A DNA stretch of 58,645 bases. Source: Xanthobacteraceae bacterium (lineage in GTDB: Bacteria; Pseudomonadota; Alphaproteobacteria; Rhizobiales; Xanthobacteraceae). The stretch covers positions 8,566 through 67,210 of the forward strand of contig DAIUEP010000002.1 in the NCBI GenBank assembly GCA_036845065.1, read 5' to 3'. The notes beneath the pieces are model-generated. The model had not been told where the DNA came from, did not search any database, and saw only the letters and a program-made list of their open reading frames with translations. Shown one piece after another: positions 25,604 to 35,011 of this stretch. The number at the start of each line of letters is the position of its first letter. Positions within the stretch are counted from its first letter, which is position 1. The position numbers were made by a program, and so were the translations under genes.

Positions 25604-26269
25604 TCATAAGGCGCCAGCCAGGGCTTTGGCGACCGGCCATACTTCGAGGCCGCCGCGATAGATCATGTCGAGCGCGACATAGAGGACGATCGCGAGCCCG
25701 ACATAGGCGATCCAGCGGTGTTTCTGCAGCACTTGCGCGATCAATCCGGCTGCCGCGCCCATCAACGCGATCGAGAGAACGAGGCCGAAGATGAGAACCC
25801 AGGGATGCTCGCGGGCCGCGCCGGCCACTGCCAGCACGTTGTCGAGCGACATCGATACATCAGCGATGATGATCTGTCCGGCCGCCTGCATGAAGGTTTT
25901 CTGCCGCGCCTGTGCGACCAGGGTTCCGTCGGGATTGACCGTGACGTTGACGGCGTCAAATTCGTCATGCGCGGCGTGCACCTGCAATTCGCGCCACATC
26001 TTCCAGCAGACCCAGAGCAGCAGGAGCCCGCCCGCAAGCAGGAGCCCGAACACGGCCAGAAGTTGGGTCGTCATCCCGGCAAACGCGATCCGCATGACGG
26101 TCGCGGCGGCGATGCCAACCACGATTGCCTTGGCTCGCTGCTCGGCTGGAAGTCCAGCGGCTGCAAGCCCGATCACGATGGCATTGTCGCCCGCGAGCAC
26201 GAGGTCGATGATGATGACCTGCATCAAGGCGGAGAGCGCGTCCACAGTCAAAAAGTCAAACATCGCCAT
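25604..26269 (-). CDS. TerC/YjbE-family integral membrane protein
   Basis: Duplicated LAGDNAIVI ... SLDNVLAV motifs and multiple TM helices. Confidence 0.85.
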   Translation of the reverse strand: MAMFDFLTVDALSALMQVIIIDLVLAGDNAIVIGLAAAGLPAEQRAKAIVVGIAAATVMRIAFAGMTTQLLAVFGLLLAGGLLLLWVCWKMWRELQVHAAHDEFDAVNVTVNPDGTLVAQARQKTFMQAAGQIIIADVSMSLDNVLAVAGAAREHPWVLIFGLVLSIALMGAAAGLIAQVLQKHRWIAYVGLAIVLYVALDMIYRGGLEVWPVAKALAGAL

Positions 26270-26360
26270 TCACATCATGGTTCGCGCGGTATGGTTCGCG
26301 CGGTGGTCCAGTCTCGCGTATGAGCTCAGCGCCGCGTCCCACGAGCGGCGAGCGATGCAA

Positions 26361-26762
26361 CTATCGTAGAGCCCCGTTCGGCCGCGGATCGCCGGCTTCG
26401 AAGAGCTGCATGACCGCGAGCGGCTCGCTGAGCATGCAGGCGCCGAAGCCAATGAGCGCAAAGACCCCGGCGGCGTCCCACAGGTTCAAGCTGCCGATAT
26501 CTTTGGCAACTCTCCAGTGCCACGCGACCAGCGCTGACATGCCCGCCATGGCCAGCGCCGCAAAGCTCGTTGCCGGCAGGATGAGATGACTCGAAAGCAG
26601 CCAGGCGGCCGGGATCACCAGGATTGCCGTGGCGATGATGAGCAGCTGCATGGCCGCGTGCTGCGACGGGGCAGCCTTGTTGGGCGACTGTCCGTACGAC
26701 CTACGGTCACCCCACCGTCCCAAGTCGATGGCGTGACCGCTGAAGCGCCGATGGTGAGCCAT
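26361..26762 (-). CDS. hypothetical membrane protein
   Basis: Three or four hydrophobic helices (LLIIATAILVIPAAWLL, FAALAMAGMSALVAW, AAGVFALIGFGACML). No family recognised and the start is uncertain. Confidence 0.4.
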   Translation of the reverse strand: MAHHRRFSGHAIDLGRWGDRRSYGQSPNKAAPSQHAAMQLLIIATAILVIPAAWLLSSHLILPATSFAALAMAGMSALVAWHWRVAKDIGSLNLWDAAGVFALIGFGACMLSEPLAVMQLFEAGDPRPNGALR

Positions 26763-26972
26763 GGAGGCCTCTCTGCTAGTTCGTCGGTTGATTGCTCGAT
26801 CAATGGAAGCCAGCCTCTATTCGATAAGGCTGCTCATCATGGGACGCCAATTGAATTGTCCAATGTGCTGCATTGACGGATTGGCTGGTGACGGGCGCCC
26901 GGCAGCGCGAGGGGCTTGTTAACTGTCCCGGAAGCCGCTCCGGCCAGATGCCGGAGCGGCGCAAACGCAGGC

Positions 26973-27797
26973 TCAGGCGGCTTGTGCGTGGCGCGTGGCG
27001 CCCAAGGCATCCAAGTGAGCCTTGAGGCGCGGCTCCAGCTTCAGCGCTGCCGCCAACCGCTCGAGCCAGTCGCGTTCGGTCGGCGAGTCCGGCTCGATCG
27101 CGAGCCGGGCAGCGGCGTAGACTTCCGCCTTCAGCTCCGGGGTGGTGGCGGCGCCAGCCAGTTCCGCAATGGTGGCCGGATGCTTGATGGTCCAGCTGAG
27201 GAACCGCTGCTCCTCCTCGCTGAGAGCGCTGGTGGCAAGCTGCCGCCGGATATGAGCATGCTCAACGTCGTCGAGATGGCCGTCGGCGGTCGCGGCGGCC
27301 ACCATGGTCTGCAGGAGCAACTTGCTTACGTCCTCGGTGCGCCCCTGCGGGGGAATCCATGCGGACAGATCGCGTTGATCGCTGTCCTTCCGCAGCCATC
27401 GCGTATCGGAAAACAGGTCGTTGATGCTCTGCGGCACGACCGGCTGGCCCTGTCGATAGTTCTGATAGGCCTTGTAAGCCAAGCCACCAATTGCCGCGAC
27501 GGCGCCGATCTGCGCGGCAGTTCCCGCCATGTCGCGCATGCGCTTGGAGCTCAGCAGGAGGCCGGCAAATCCGCCCGCAAGCGCGCTCGCTCCAAGTGCG
27601 CCCACGTTTCCGAAGTTGGTGCTCGCGGGTTGCACCGAGCTCGAAACCCAGGGCGTGTGGCTGCCCGCCACAGGCGTGGCAGATGCGGAGGACTGAGCCT
27701 GCGGTGGGCGATTGCGACTCTCGTCGCCGCGATCCGGGCCGGGCAGACCGGCGCTCATCACCTGGGTCAGCAATCGATTCACGTCGAGCATTGTCAT
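26973..27797 (-). CDS. DUF533/TerB-like (YebE family) membrane-associated protein
   Basis: A central Gly/Ala TM region (GALGASALAGGFAGLLL...IGAVAAIGGLAYKAY). The C-terminal TerB-like domain is LLLQTMVAAATADGHLDDVEHAHI...AEVYAAARLAI. AAGGAAGGAG RBS; the start is at 27797 or 27791. Confidence 0.7.
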   Translation of the reverse strand: MTMLDVNRLLTQVMSAGLPGPDRGDESRNRPPQAQSSASATPVAGSHTPWVSSSVQPASTNFGNVGALGASALAGGFAGLLLSSKRMRDMAGTAAQIGAVAAIGGLAYKAYQNYRQGQPVVPQSINDLFSDTRWLRKDSDQRDLSAWIPPQGRTEDVSKLLLQTMVAAATADGHLDDVEHAHIRRQLATSALSEEEQRFLSWTIKHPATIAELAGAATTPELKAEVYAAARLAIEPDSPTERDWLERLAAALKLEPRLKAHLDALGATRHAQAA

Positions 27798-28024
27798 CTC
27801 CTTCCTTGAAGGCACGCATGATGCGTGGCTGGCACCGATATGGGGGCGCTCATGGCAGTTCACGACGGCCGCTGCTCCCGAAATGACGGGCATTGATATC
27901 CGCAATGGGGCGCGCGCAGCCAGCCGGCATGAGTGTTCCCAATGAGCGGCAGCGGAAGAACTCGTTTCAACAATGGATGCCGCGACGTCATAACGACGGT
28001 CAACTGATTCACAGGAGAACCGCC

Positions 28025-29572
28025 ATGAACTTGCGCATTCAGCCGAGCGACCTGCACCCGCATCCTGCATCAGTCGATCCTCGACTGCTTGATTCACTTC
28101 TCGGTACACCGACAACTGCGAGCCCATTGGCTACTCCGGTGGCGGTCGCATACGGCGACGGCATCGGGCCGGAAATCATGGATGCGAGTTTGCGTATCCT
28201 GCTTGCGGCTGGCGCCGACATCGCCATCGAACCGATCGACATGGGCGAGCGGGTCTACCGGATGGGTCACAGCTCCGGCATCGGTCCGGCGGCCTGGGAT
28301 ACGTTGCGGCGGACCAAAGTCCTTTACAAGGCGCCCGTCACGACTCCGCAGGGCGGGGGCTTCAAGTCGCTCAATGTGACGATCCGAAAGTCGCTCGGCC
28401 TGTTCGCCAATGTGCGGCCTTGCGTTGCCTATCACCCGTTCGTGGCGACCAAGCATCCCGGCATGGACGTGGTCATCATCCGCGAGAATGAAGAGGACCT
28501 GTACGCCGGAATCGAGCATCGGCAGACCGACGAGGTCTATCAGTGCCTGAAGCTTGTGTCGCGTCCGGGCTGCGAACGCATTGTCCGCTATGCCTTTGAG
28601 TATGCGAGCGCACACGGTCGACGCAAAGTCGCATGCTTCACCAAAGACAACATCATGAAGCTGACCGACGGCCTGTTTCACAAGGTGTTCGACGAGGTCG
28701 GCGTCCAGTATCCGCAGATCGAGCGGCAACACTGGATTGTTGACGCCGGGGCTGCGCAGCTGGCGGACGAGCCGCGCCGGTTCGACGTCATCGTCATGCC
28801 CAATCTCTACGGCGATATCTTGTCCGACGTCGCCGCTGAGATCGCCGGCTCGATCGGCCTTGCCCCCTCCGCCAATATCGGCGCGCGCTGCGCGATGTTC
28901 GAGGCCATACACGGTTCCGCGCAGTCTCTGGCAGGAAAGGATCTGGCGAATCCATCCGGGCTGCTCCTTGCGGGCGTGATGATGCTCGTCCATATCGGCC
29001 AGCCCAAGGCGGCCGAGCGCATCCATAATGCTTGGCTCAAGACGATCGAGGATGGGATTCACACCTTCGATATCTTTGCAGAGGGGATATCGCGACAAGA
29101 GGTCGGGACCGCAGCCTTCAGGGACGCCGTCATCGATCGACTCGATCAATATCCCGTGCATCTCGAACCGGTGCGCTACGGTGGCGGCACGTCGGTGGCG
29201 GTCACACCGACGCTGTCGCAGTCTGCCGGCCCTGCGCAGAAGGTGCTCGTCGGCGTTGACGTGTTTGTGCATCAGGTCGAAGCCGAGCCGGAGCGGCTCG
29301 CCCGCTTGATGCGGCGTGCGGAAGGATCCGCGTTCGATCTGATCATGATCACGAACCGGGGCGTGAAGGTCTGGCCTCGCGGGATGGATGAGACGCTGCT
29401 GACCGATCACTGGCGATGCCGCTACATGGCCAAGCCCGGTCAGACGTTACACTCCGTGATGATTGCCGACCTCCAGAAGCGGCTCGCTCGGGCGGGTATC
29501 GATTTCATCAAGACCGAACACCTCTGTACGTTCGACGGCGAGCCCGGATACTCGCTCGGGCAGGGCCAGTGA
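28025..29572 (+). CDS. isocitrate/isopropylmalate dehydrogenase-family enzyme with ~130-aa C-terminal extension
   Basis: YGDGIGPEIM...SLNVTIRKSLGLFANVRP...VIIRENEEDLYAGIEH...NLYGDILSD...GLAPSANIG...FEAIHGSA is a canonical beta-decarboxylating dehydrogenase core. AGGAGA RBS before the ATG at 28025. Confidence 0.8.
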   Translation: MNLRIQPSDLHPHPASVDPRLLDSLLGTPTTASPLATPVAVAYGDGIGPEIMDASLRILLAAGADIAIEPIDMGERVYRMGHSSGIGPAAWDTLRRTKVLYKAPVTTPQGGGFKSLNVTIRKSLGLFANVRPCVAYHPFVATKHPGMDVVIIRENEEDLYAGIEHRQTDEVYQCLKLVSRPGCERIVRYAFEYASAHGRRKVACFTKDNIMKLTDGLFHKVFDEVGVQYPQIERQHWIVDAGAAQLADEPRRFDVIVMPNLYGDILSDVAAEIAGSIGLAPSANIGARCAMFEAIHGSAQSLAGKDLANPSGLLLAGVMMLVHIGQPKAAERIHNAWLKTIEDGIHTFDIFAEGISRQEVGTAAFRDAVIDRLDQYPVHLEPVRYGGGTSVAVTPTLSQSAGPAQKVLVGVDVFVHQVEAEPERLARLMRRAEGSAFDLIMITNRGVKVWPRGMDETLLTDHWRCRYMAKPGQTLHSVMIADLQKRLARAGIDFIKTEHLCTFDGEPGYSLGQGQ

Positions 29573-29860
29573 CCCGTCGGGTGCCCGAGAAGGCGCGACT
29601 GGGGCGGATGATGCACGAAAAGATCATCCGCATGATGACGTTGATTGCTGCGACTCTCCTGTTCGCAAACGGCCAGACGTTGGGGCTTCGGGCCGCGCCG
29701 GAGGCCGACAAATAATGCGAGCAGACAATGCAGCCTTCTCTGCGAGCCGCCAGAGCGAGAGCTGCGATGTGGGTCGGCGGCTTTGGGCGCTCGTCTGAGC
29801 GGGTATCTGGCTGCGGCGAATGACATCTCTCGTCTGCGCGGGTTCCTGGATCTGGAACCG

Positions 29861-29908
29861 ACAAGTGTCGCGCACCAAGGAGTCACAAGTGTCGCGCACC
29901 AAGGAGTC
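29861..29908. repeat. 24-bp perfect tandem duplication
   Basis: ACAAGTGTCGCGCACCAAGGAGTC occurs twice, inside a ~950-bp gene-poor, lower-GC gap. Confidence 0.9.
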
Positions 29909-30530
29909 ATGGATGCGACCCCGTTTGAGTTCGCAGCTACGCTGTCAGATCCGGGACCGACGATCGGCGCGATCCAATTGATACCGTTCCGCTTCCGATA
30001 GCACCATCATCAGCGACGCATGCGCCGATGAATGTCAGGTGAGGTGCATGCGAGTCATTGCGGCGCTTGCGTGAGTCTCATTGTTTTGCTGCCGGATTTT
30101 TCCATTTGTGCAGTGTGCACCGCATCAACATCCGGAAATGGCCACAATCAATCGTTAACCCCGACACTTGCAGCGAACGATAGCGCTGCATTCTTTCCGT
30201 TGGGGAACGGAGGAATTGCCGGAGCCGCATCCGTCTGATCGTGCGGCACGTGCAATGTGGGAGCTGGGCCGTTGCGGTTTGCTGCTTGAGGGGTGTCGGC
30301 GCATGCTTTCGATAACTCGATACGTTGTAGCTCATCGATCCGTTGTAGGTCGGTGTGTTTTTCTGGACGAGGCTCCGCGAGCCTTGGCTGCTCGCTCGTC
30401 TCCCTGTGCTGCGGACGGCCCGCCGAGGCGTGTGAGTTGAAAGCCTGCTCGTAAGACGATTGCAGGGCTCTCCGCCAGCATTTCACCATTGCTGTTCTGC
30501 CGAGCGACCGCGCTAATCACGAAGGGCGAG

Positions 30531-32372
30531 ATGGGACGTCGTGCGTCTCCAAAAACCGATTTTGGTACCGTCGTCCTGCATTGGACGCTGGTCGCTCTGT
30601 TCGTCACCTGCGTGGTGACCGGCTTGCGGATTGCGACGGTGTCGCCGTTCGACTTCGGGTGGATCTATGCGCTCGACAGCGTCTTGCCATATTCCATGGT
30701 GTGGACGGCCCATGTCCCGGTCGCGGTCGCGCTGTTCGGCTTGGGGTTTGCATATGCGGTTTACGTCCGTCGCGCCGGACTGATGCGGCGCATCCGACCT
30801 GACCGGGTGCGCCTGATGGGAATCTTTCGCGGCGGCCAGGCGCGTTGGGTCGCAATCAACACAATCCTCACCTGGGTCATCCTCCTGTCGCTGCTGGAAC
30901 AGCTGGTGACCGGTTATCTGATCTATCTCGGATATGGCGGCATGGCCGTCGAGTTGCACCGGTTCGGTACGTGGCTGCTGATCGCGGTGTCGTTCGGGCA
31001 CGTGGCGACACACTGGGCAATCGGCGGGCTCGGTCAGATCGCCCGGATCTTTCGGCCGAGCCGGCTTCCGCCGGTGGCGGCGCCATTCGACCCGTTCGAC
31101 CTGCTGGTCGCTCCGGAGCAGCCGCCGCGCATTGCAGCGAGCCCGGGACCGGAGCGGGTCCGCCGTGATCCGCGAGACGAAGCGCACGACGAGTCGCGAC
31201 ATGAACAAAGGCGCACGCGGCAGCGCGACGTCACGCTTCAGTCCCACCCGTTCGCTGCAGCCATGGTCGTTGGACTCATCGCCATGTCGGCTGCGACGTT
31301 CGTCGATCAGACAGCGATGCGGGACGGGCTGCGCATTCGCAAGATTGCCGCATCCGAGGCGCCGGTGCTCGATGGTGACCTTTCCGATCCGGTCTGGAGA
31401 ACGGCGCGCCCCGTGGTGGTGCTCACCAACCAGGGTGCGAATTTCGACGGCACGGGCGCGTCCGAGATCGAGATTCGGGCGGTGCATGATGGCGAGATCG
31501 CCTATTTCTCCTTCGTTTGGAATGACCCAACGCGCTCGCTCAAGCACCTCCCGCTCATCAAGCGAGCAGATGGCTGGCATGTCCTGCAAGGCAACTACGA
31601 CAGCGGGGACGAGCACCACTATCACGAAGACAAATTCTCGGTTCTGCTCGCCAAGAATGCTCCGCTGCTGGCCGGAGATCGAACGTTTCACGCCGGTCGC
31701 GCGCCGGTTGATGGCAAGCCCGCCACACTCTCCGGGCGGGGGCTGCACTACACAATGAACGGCGGTTTCGTCGACGTGTGGCAATGGAAGGCGACCCGCG
31801 GGGGACTGCTGGGCTTCGTCGATGATGGCTATTTCGGGCCGCCGGCCCAGCCGACCAAGGACGAGATCGCCGGACAAAGTCCCTACAAAGGCGGCTACGC
31901 CGCCGACCCCGGGACGGCGAACTATGCGGATAATTTCGAGCAGCGCGGCCCCGGAGGCTATCAGCGCCCGGTGCAGCCGAAGCGACTGCCGAAGAATTGG
32001 CAGGCGACTTGGTCGGCCATGGGGCGCGTCGATCTCAATCCGAGCGTCGGGGAAAGCGAAGGCGCGCGCTGGTGGATGACCGAGGCCGAGTCGGTCCCTT
32101 ATTCGCCGGAGGCTGACGCGCAGTTTCCGCTCAATGCCCTCATTCCTGGTGTTCTCATCACCGGCCAGTACAGCGGCGACCGGGCCGACATCCGCGGCGC
32201 GGCACGCTGGGCGGCCGGCCGGTGGGCGCTGGAAATCGCGCGCCGCCTTGATACCGGAAGCCGGTATGATTCCCCGATCGCGAACGGAGTGGCGATGCGC
32301 GTCGCGGCGTTCGATCGTTCCCAGATCCGTCACACGCGGCATATTCGGCCGATATGGCTCGAGGTGGAATGA
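30531..32372 (+). CDS. cytochrome b561-type membrane domain fused to an ethylbenzene-dehydrogenase-gamma-like (EB_dh) haem-binding domain
   Basis: N-terminal 4-TM region with conserved His (VVLHWTLVALF, WTAHVPVAVALF, VELHRFGTWLL, SFGHVATHW). The C-terminal part (DGDLSDPVWRTARPVVV...IEIRAVHDGEIAYFSFVWNDPT...VDVWQWKATRG) matches EB_dh-type domains. Confidence 0.7.
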   Translation: MGRRASPKTDFGTVVLHWTLVALFVTCVVTGLRIATVSPFDFGWIYALDSVLPYSMVWTAHVPVAVALFGLGFAYAVYVRRAGLMRRIRPDRVRLMGIFRGGQARWVAINTILTWVILLSLLEQLVTGYLIYLGYGGMAVELHRFGTWLLIAVSFGHVATHWAIGGLGQIARIFRPSRLPPVAAPFDPFDLLVAPEQPPRIAASPGPERVRRDPRDEAHDESRHEQRRTRQRDVTLQSHPFAAAMVVGLIAMSAATFVDQTAMRDGLRIRKIAASEAPVLDGDLSDPVWRTARPVVVLTNQGANFDGTGASEIEIRAVHDGEIAYFSFVWNDPTRSLKHLPLIKRADGWHVLQGNYDSGDEHHYHEDKFSVLLAKNAPLLAGDRTFHAGRAPVDGKPATLSGRGLHYTMNGGFVDVWQWKATRGGLLGFVDDGYFGPPAQPTKDEIAGQSPYKGGYAADPGTANYADNFEQRGPGGYQRPVQPKRLPKNWQATWSAMGRVDLNPSVGESEGARWWMTEAESVPYSPEADAQFPLNALIPGVLITGQYSGDRADIRGAARWAAGRWALEIARRLDTGSRYDSPIANGVAMRVAAFDRSQIRHTRHIRPIWLEVE

Positions 32373-32373
32373 G

Positions 32374-33471
32374 ATGGGCAAGACGCATCGTGTTGCGGTC
32401 AATGGCGAGGAGTTTCTGGCCCGCCGCGGCGACCTGCTTCTCGACGCCGCCCTGATGAATGGGATTCACATTCCGCATGATTGTCGCTCCGGCTATTGCG
32501 GAACGTGCCGCGTGCGCGTTGTCGCCGGCGAGCTCTTCGGCAGTGCCGGCGAGTCCGAAGCCAAGGCCTGCCAATGCCGGATCGTGTCCGATGTTGCGGT
32601 CGAGGTCGAGGATGTGCCGGACATCACCACCGTCGCAGGTCGCGTGACCAAGCTGAACCTGGTTGCGCCCGACGTCGTAGAGGTCTGTATCGAGCCGCGA
32701 CAATCCGTCGAGTACCTGCCGGGCCAGTATCTTCAGGTGCAGTTCCGCGGCTTTTCCACCCGCTGCTACAGCCCGACCGTTCCGCTGGACCGCTTCGGCG
32801 ACGGGCGATCCGTGCATTTGCATGTGCGGCGCATCCCGGGCGGGCATGTGTCGTCGGCGCTTGGTGACGCCATCAAGACGGGGCATCGGGTGAAGCTGAC
32901 GGGGCCATTCGGTTCGGCCTATCTCAGAGCGGCGCTGACCGACCGTCTGGTGCTGGTCGCGGGTGGCACGGGCTTTGCGCCGATCTGGTCGATCGCCGAT
33001 GCCGCCATGCGCGAAAATTCACGCCGCGAGCTCGTGCTGGTGGTTGGCGCTCGTTCGATCGAGTCGCTTTACATGATCCCTGCGCTCTGGCGTCTGGCCG
33101 ACTGTCCGAACGCCACGATCATCCCGGTGACCGATATCCCGCAGGCGGCGACCCCCGCAATTCGATCAGGAACACCTATCGACCACCTGCCGGCTCTCTA
33201 TCCCTATGACATCGTCTATGCCGCCGGCGCGCCGAATCTGGTCGAGGCCGTCAAGGAGGTGGCCCAGGCGAGCGGTGCCCTCTGGTACGCCGATCCATTT
33301 GTTTCAAATACGGAGGAAAGTCAGGACGGTCTGTTCACGCGCGCCGTCAGCTGGCTCAAGGGCGAGGCGGGGCCTGCGTCGCCTCCAGCGGCTTCCACGC
33401 AGCGCGACCTTGGTTCCGAGACGCGGCGGCCCCGGCCAACGGGTCAGCGGTCTCCTGCCCGCATGATTTGA
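32374..33471 (+). CDS. 2Fe-2S ferredoxin domain fused to FNR-like FAD/NAD(P)-binding reductase
   Basis: CRSGYCGTCRV cluster motif, RCYSP flavin motif and VAGGTGFAPI nucleotide-binding motif. The start lies 1 nt after the upstream stop. Confidence 0.8.
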   Translation: MGKTHRVAVNGEEFLARRGDLLLDAALMNGIHIPHDCRSGYCGTCRVRVVAGELFGSAGESEAKACQCRIVSDVAVEVEDVPDITTVAGRVTKLNLVAPDVVEVCIEPRQSVEYLPGQYLQVQFRGFSTRCYSPTVPLDRFGDGRSVHLHVRRIPGGHVSSALGDAIKTGHRVKLTGPFGSAYLRAALTDRLVLVAGGTGFAPIWSIADAAMRENSRRELVLVVGARSIESLYMIPALWRLADCPNATIIPVTDIPQAATPAIRSGTPIDHLPALYPYDIVYAAGAPNLVEAVKEVAQASGALWYADPFVSNTEESQDGLFTRAVSWLKGEAGPASPPAASTQRDLGSETRRPRPTGQRSPARMI

Positions 33472-33516
33472 CGCACGGCGCCCGCGACGCCTCGGCGGTT
33501 GCGGAGGCTCGGGCCA

Positions 33517-33550
33517 GAAGAAAGGCGGGGATTTCTCCCCGCCCTTCTTG
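33517..33550. terminator. bidirectional rho-independent terminator
   Basis: GGCGGGGA (33524-33531), TTTC loop, TCCCCGCC (33536-33543). T-rich runs flank it on both strands, between convergent gene ends at 33471 and 33584. Confidence 0.7.
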
Positions 33551-33583
33551 CGTTGCAAGCCTTACAGCGTGGACGTGTGGCGC

Positions 33584-34510
33584 TCACGCGTTGTGATGGC
33601 CGCCGTCGCTGGCTCCGCCCGGCAATATTCCGTCGTCCTCGAGCTCGTAGTGCACGCCCGCGGCCATCTCGTTGACGTTCTCGTAGGCTCCGTAGGTCAC
33701 GCCCGCGTCGGTCGTGATGTCGCTCGCCTTGACGAGGTCGCCATAGACCGTGATCGTGCCGAGCTGGTCCTCGTCGTGCGCGCCGGCCGCGCCCTGCTGG
33801 CTGATGACCGTGATCACGCTGTCGAGCCTGCCATCGCCGTTGACGTCACGGTGTTCGATCGATTTGACCTCCGCCGTGTGCGCCGCGATCTCGATCTTGT
33901 CGCCTTGCGCACGATTGAAGTCGCGGATCGTGTCGTTGCCGAAGCCATCGATCCAGTGATCGTGAACATTGCCGTTCTCACCAGTTACTCCGGCCCAGTC
34001 GACGTTACCGTCCGCGTCGACGTGCTTGGCGATGATCTCATCGGGGGCGTTGAGGAGCCCCTCGAAGCGGAAGGTGTCGGCGCCGCGACCGCCCACGAGC
34101 GTATCGTTGGTGGCCGTGAATGCGGCGGTCTCGCCCGCAAAGATCTGCGTTTTTCCATCCTGCGCGGCCACCATCTCGCCCGCATCGGAGCGGCTGAGCA
34201 AGACATCATTACCGTTGCCGCCCTCCATCCGGTCGGCGCCGAATCCGCCGACAAGAAGATCAGCGCCGGTTCCGCCGCTGAGGGTGTCGTTGCCGGAGCC
34301 GCCCCAGACTTTGTCGTTGCCGGAGCCGCCACTGAGCGTGTCATTGCCCGCCATTCCGGCGACGGAGTCGTCGTTCGCGCCAGCGAAAAGGACGTTGTTG
34401 CCGGTTGTTCCGTTCATGTGATCATGCCCGGCGCTGCCGCCGGTCATGCTCGCGAGGAAATCTTCAAAGCGACTGTTGTTTGACAGCCATCCCCAACTCA
34501 AGCGTGGCAT
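33584..34510 (-). CDS. RTX-type calcium-binding protein (likely T1SS substrate)
   Basis: Six consecutive GGxGxD nonapeptides (GMAGNDTLSGGSGNDKVWGGSGNDTLSGGTGADLLVGGFGADRMEGGNGNDVL). AAGGAG RBS before the ATG at 34510. Confidence 0.8.
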   Translation of the reverse strand: MPRLSWGWLSNNSRFEDFLASMTGGSAGHDHMNGTTGNNVLFAGANDDSVAGMAGNDTLSGGSGNDKVWGGSGNDTLSGGTGADLLVGGFGADRMEGGNGNDVLLSRSDAGEMVAAQDGKTQIFAGETAAFTATNDTLVGGRGADTFRFEGLLNAPDEIIAKHVDADGNVDWAGVTGENGNVHDHWIDGFGNDTIRDFNRAQGDKIEIAAHTAEVKSIEHRDVNGDGRLDSVITVISQQGAAGAHDEDQLGTITVYGDLVKASDITTDAGVTYGAYENVNEMAAGVHYELEDDGILPGGASDGGHHNA

Positions 34511-35011
34511 CGCTTCAACTCCTTCGGTTGGATGTGCCTCGAGAACGCAACCAAACACCATCGTCGCTGTTGCGACTGGTGCTGCAGGACGGCGCGAGGC
34601 GTAACTTCCGACTTGCGTTCGCCAACAAACATTTGAACGAGCCGATAGCGGGACCAACTGACGGCAAACGTTCTGCCATGCAGAGGCCCTTTTGAGGCCG
34701 CGGCAACAAAGAGTAAGTTCGACGCTGCGATAGAGCACGCAGCGTGTGCTGAGTGATCAAAGCGCACTTTGCCTTTGTACTGCCTTCGCATCTCCGCAGA
34801 GTCGGCTAACAGTTCTGTAATCTGCATTCCCAACAGTGTTTGAGTTTCAATTGCAGTGATGGGGCGGCATGTCGGTAGTCTCTCTTCCTCACTTTCCTAC
34901 CGCGCGGCGCGGATGGACCGGTCGGGTGCCCAATCGCCGCGTGGCGATTGATGCGATTGCGGCAGCCATGTGCTCGACCGATGGCACGATCGACGCGGCG
35001 GCGCGCTGACG

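Noticed and set aside
29608-30001. Two micro-ORFs (35 aa signal-peptide-like at 29608-29715; 30 aa at 29909-30001) as features
   Set aside because: The evidence is insufficient: RBS spacing is poor and there is no family, so they are mentioned only within a finding.
30513-32402. 629-aa minus-strand ORF
   Set aside because: It lies antisense to the cytochrome b-EB_dh fusion, and the translation is Arg-rich low-complexity.
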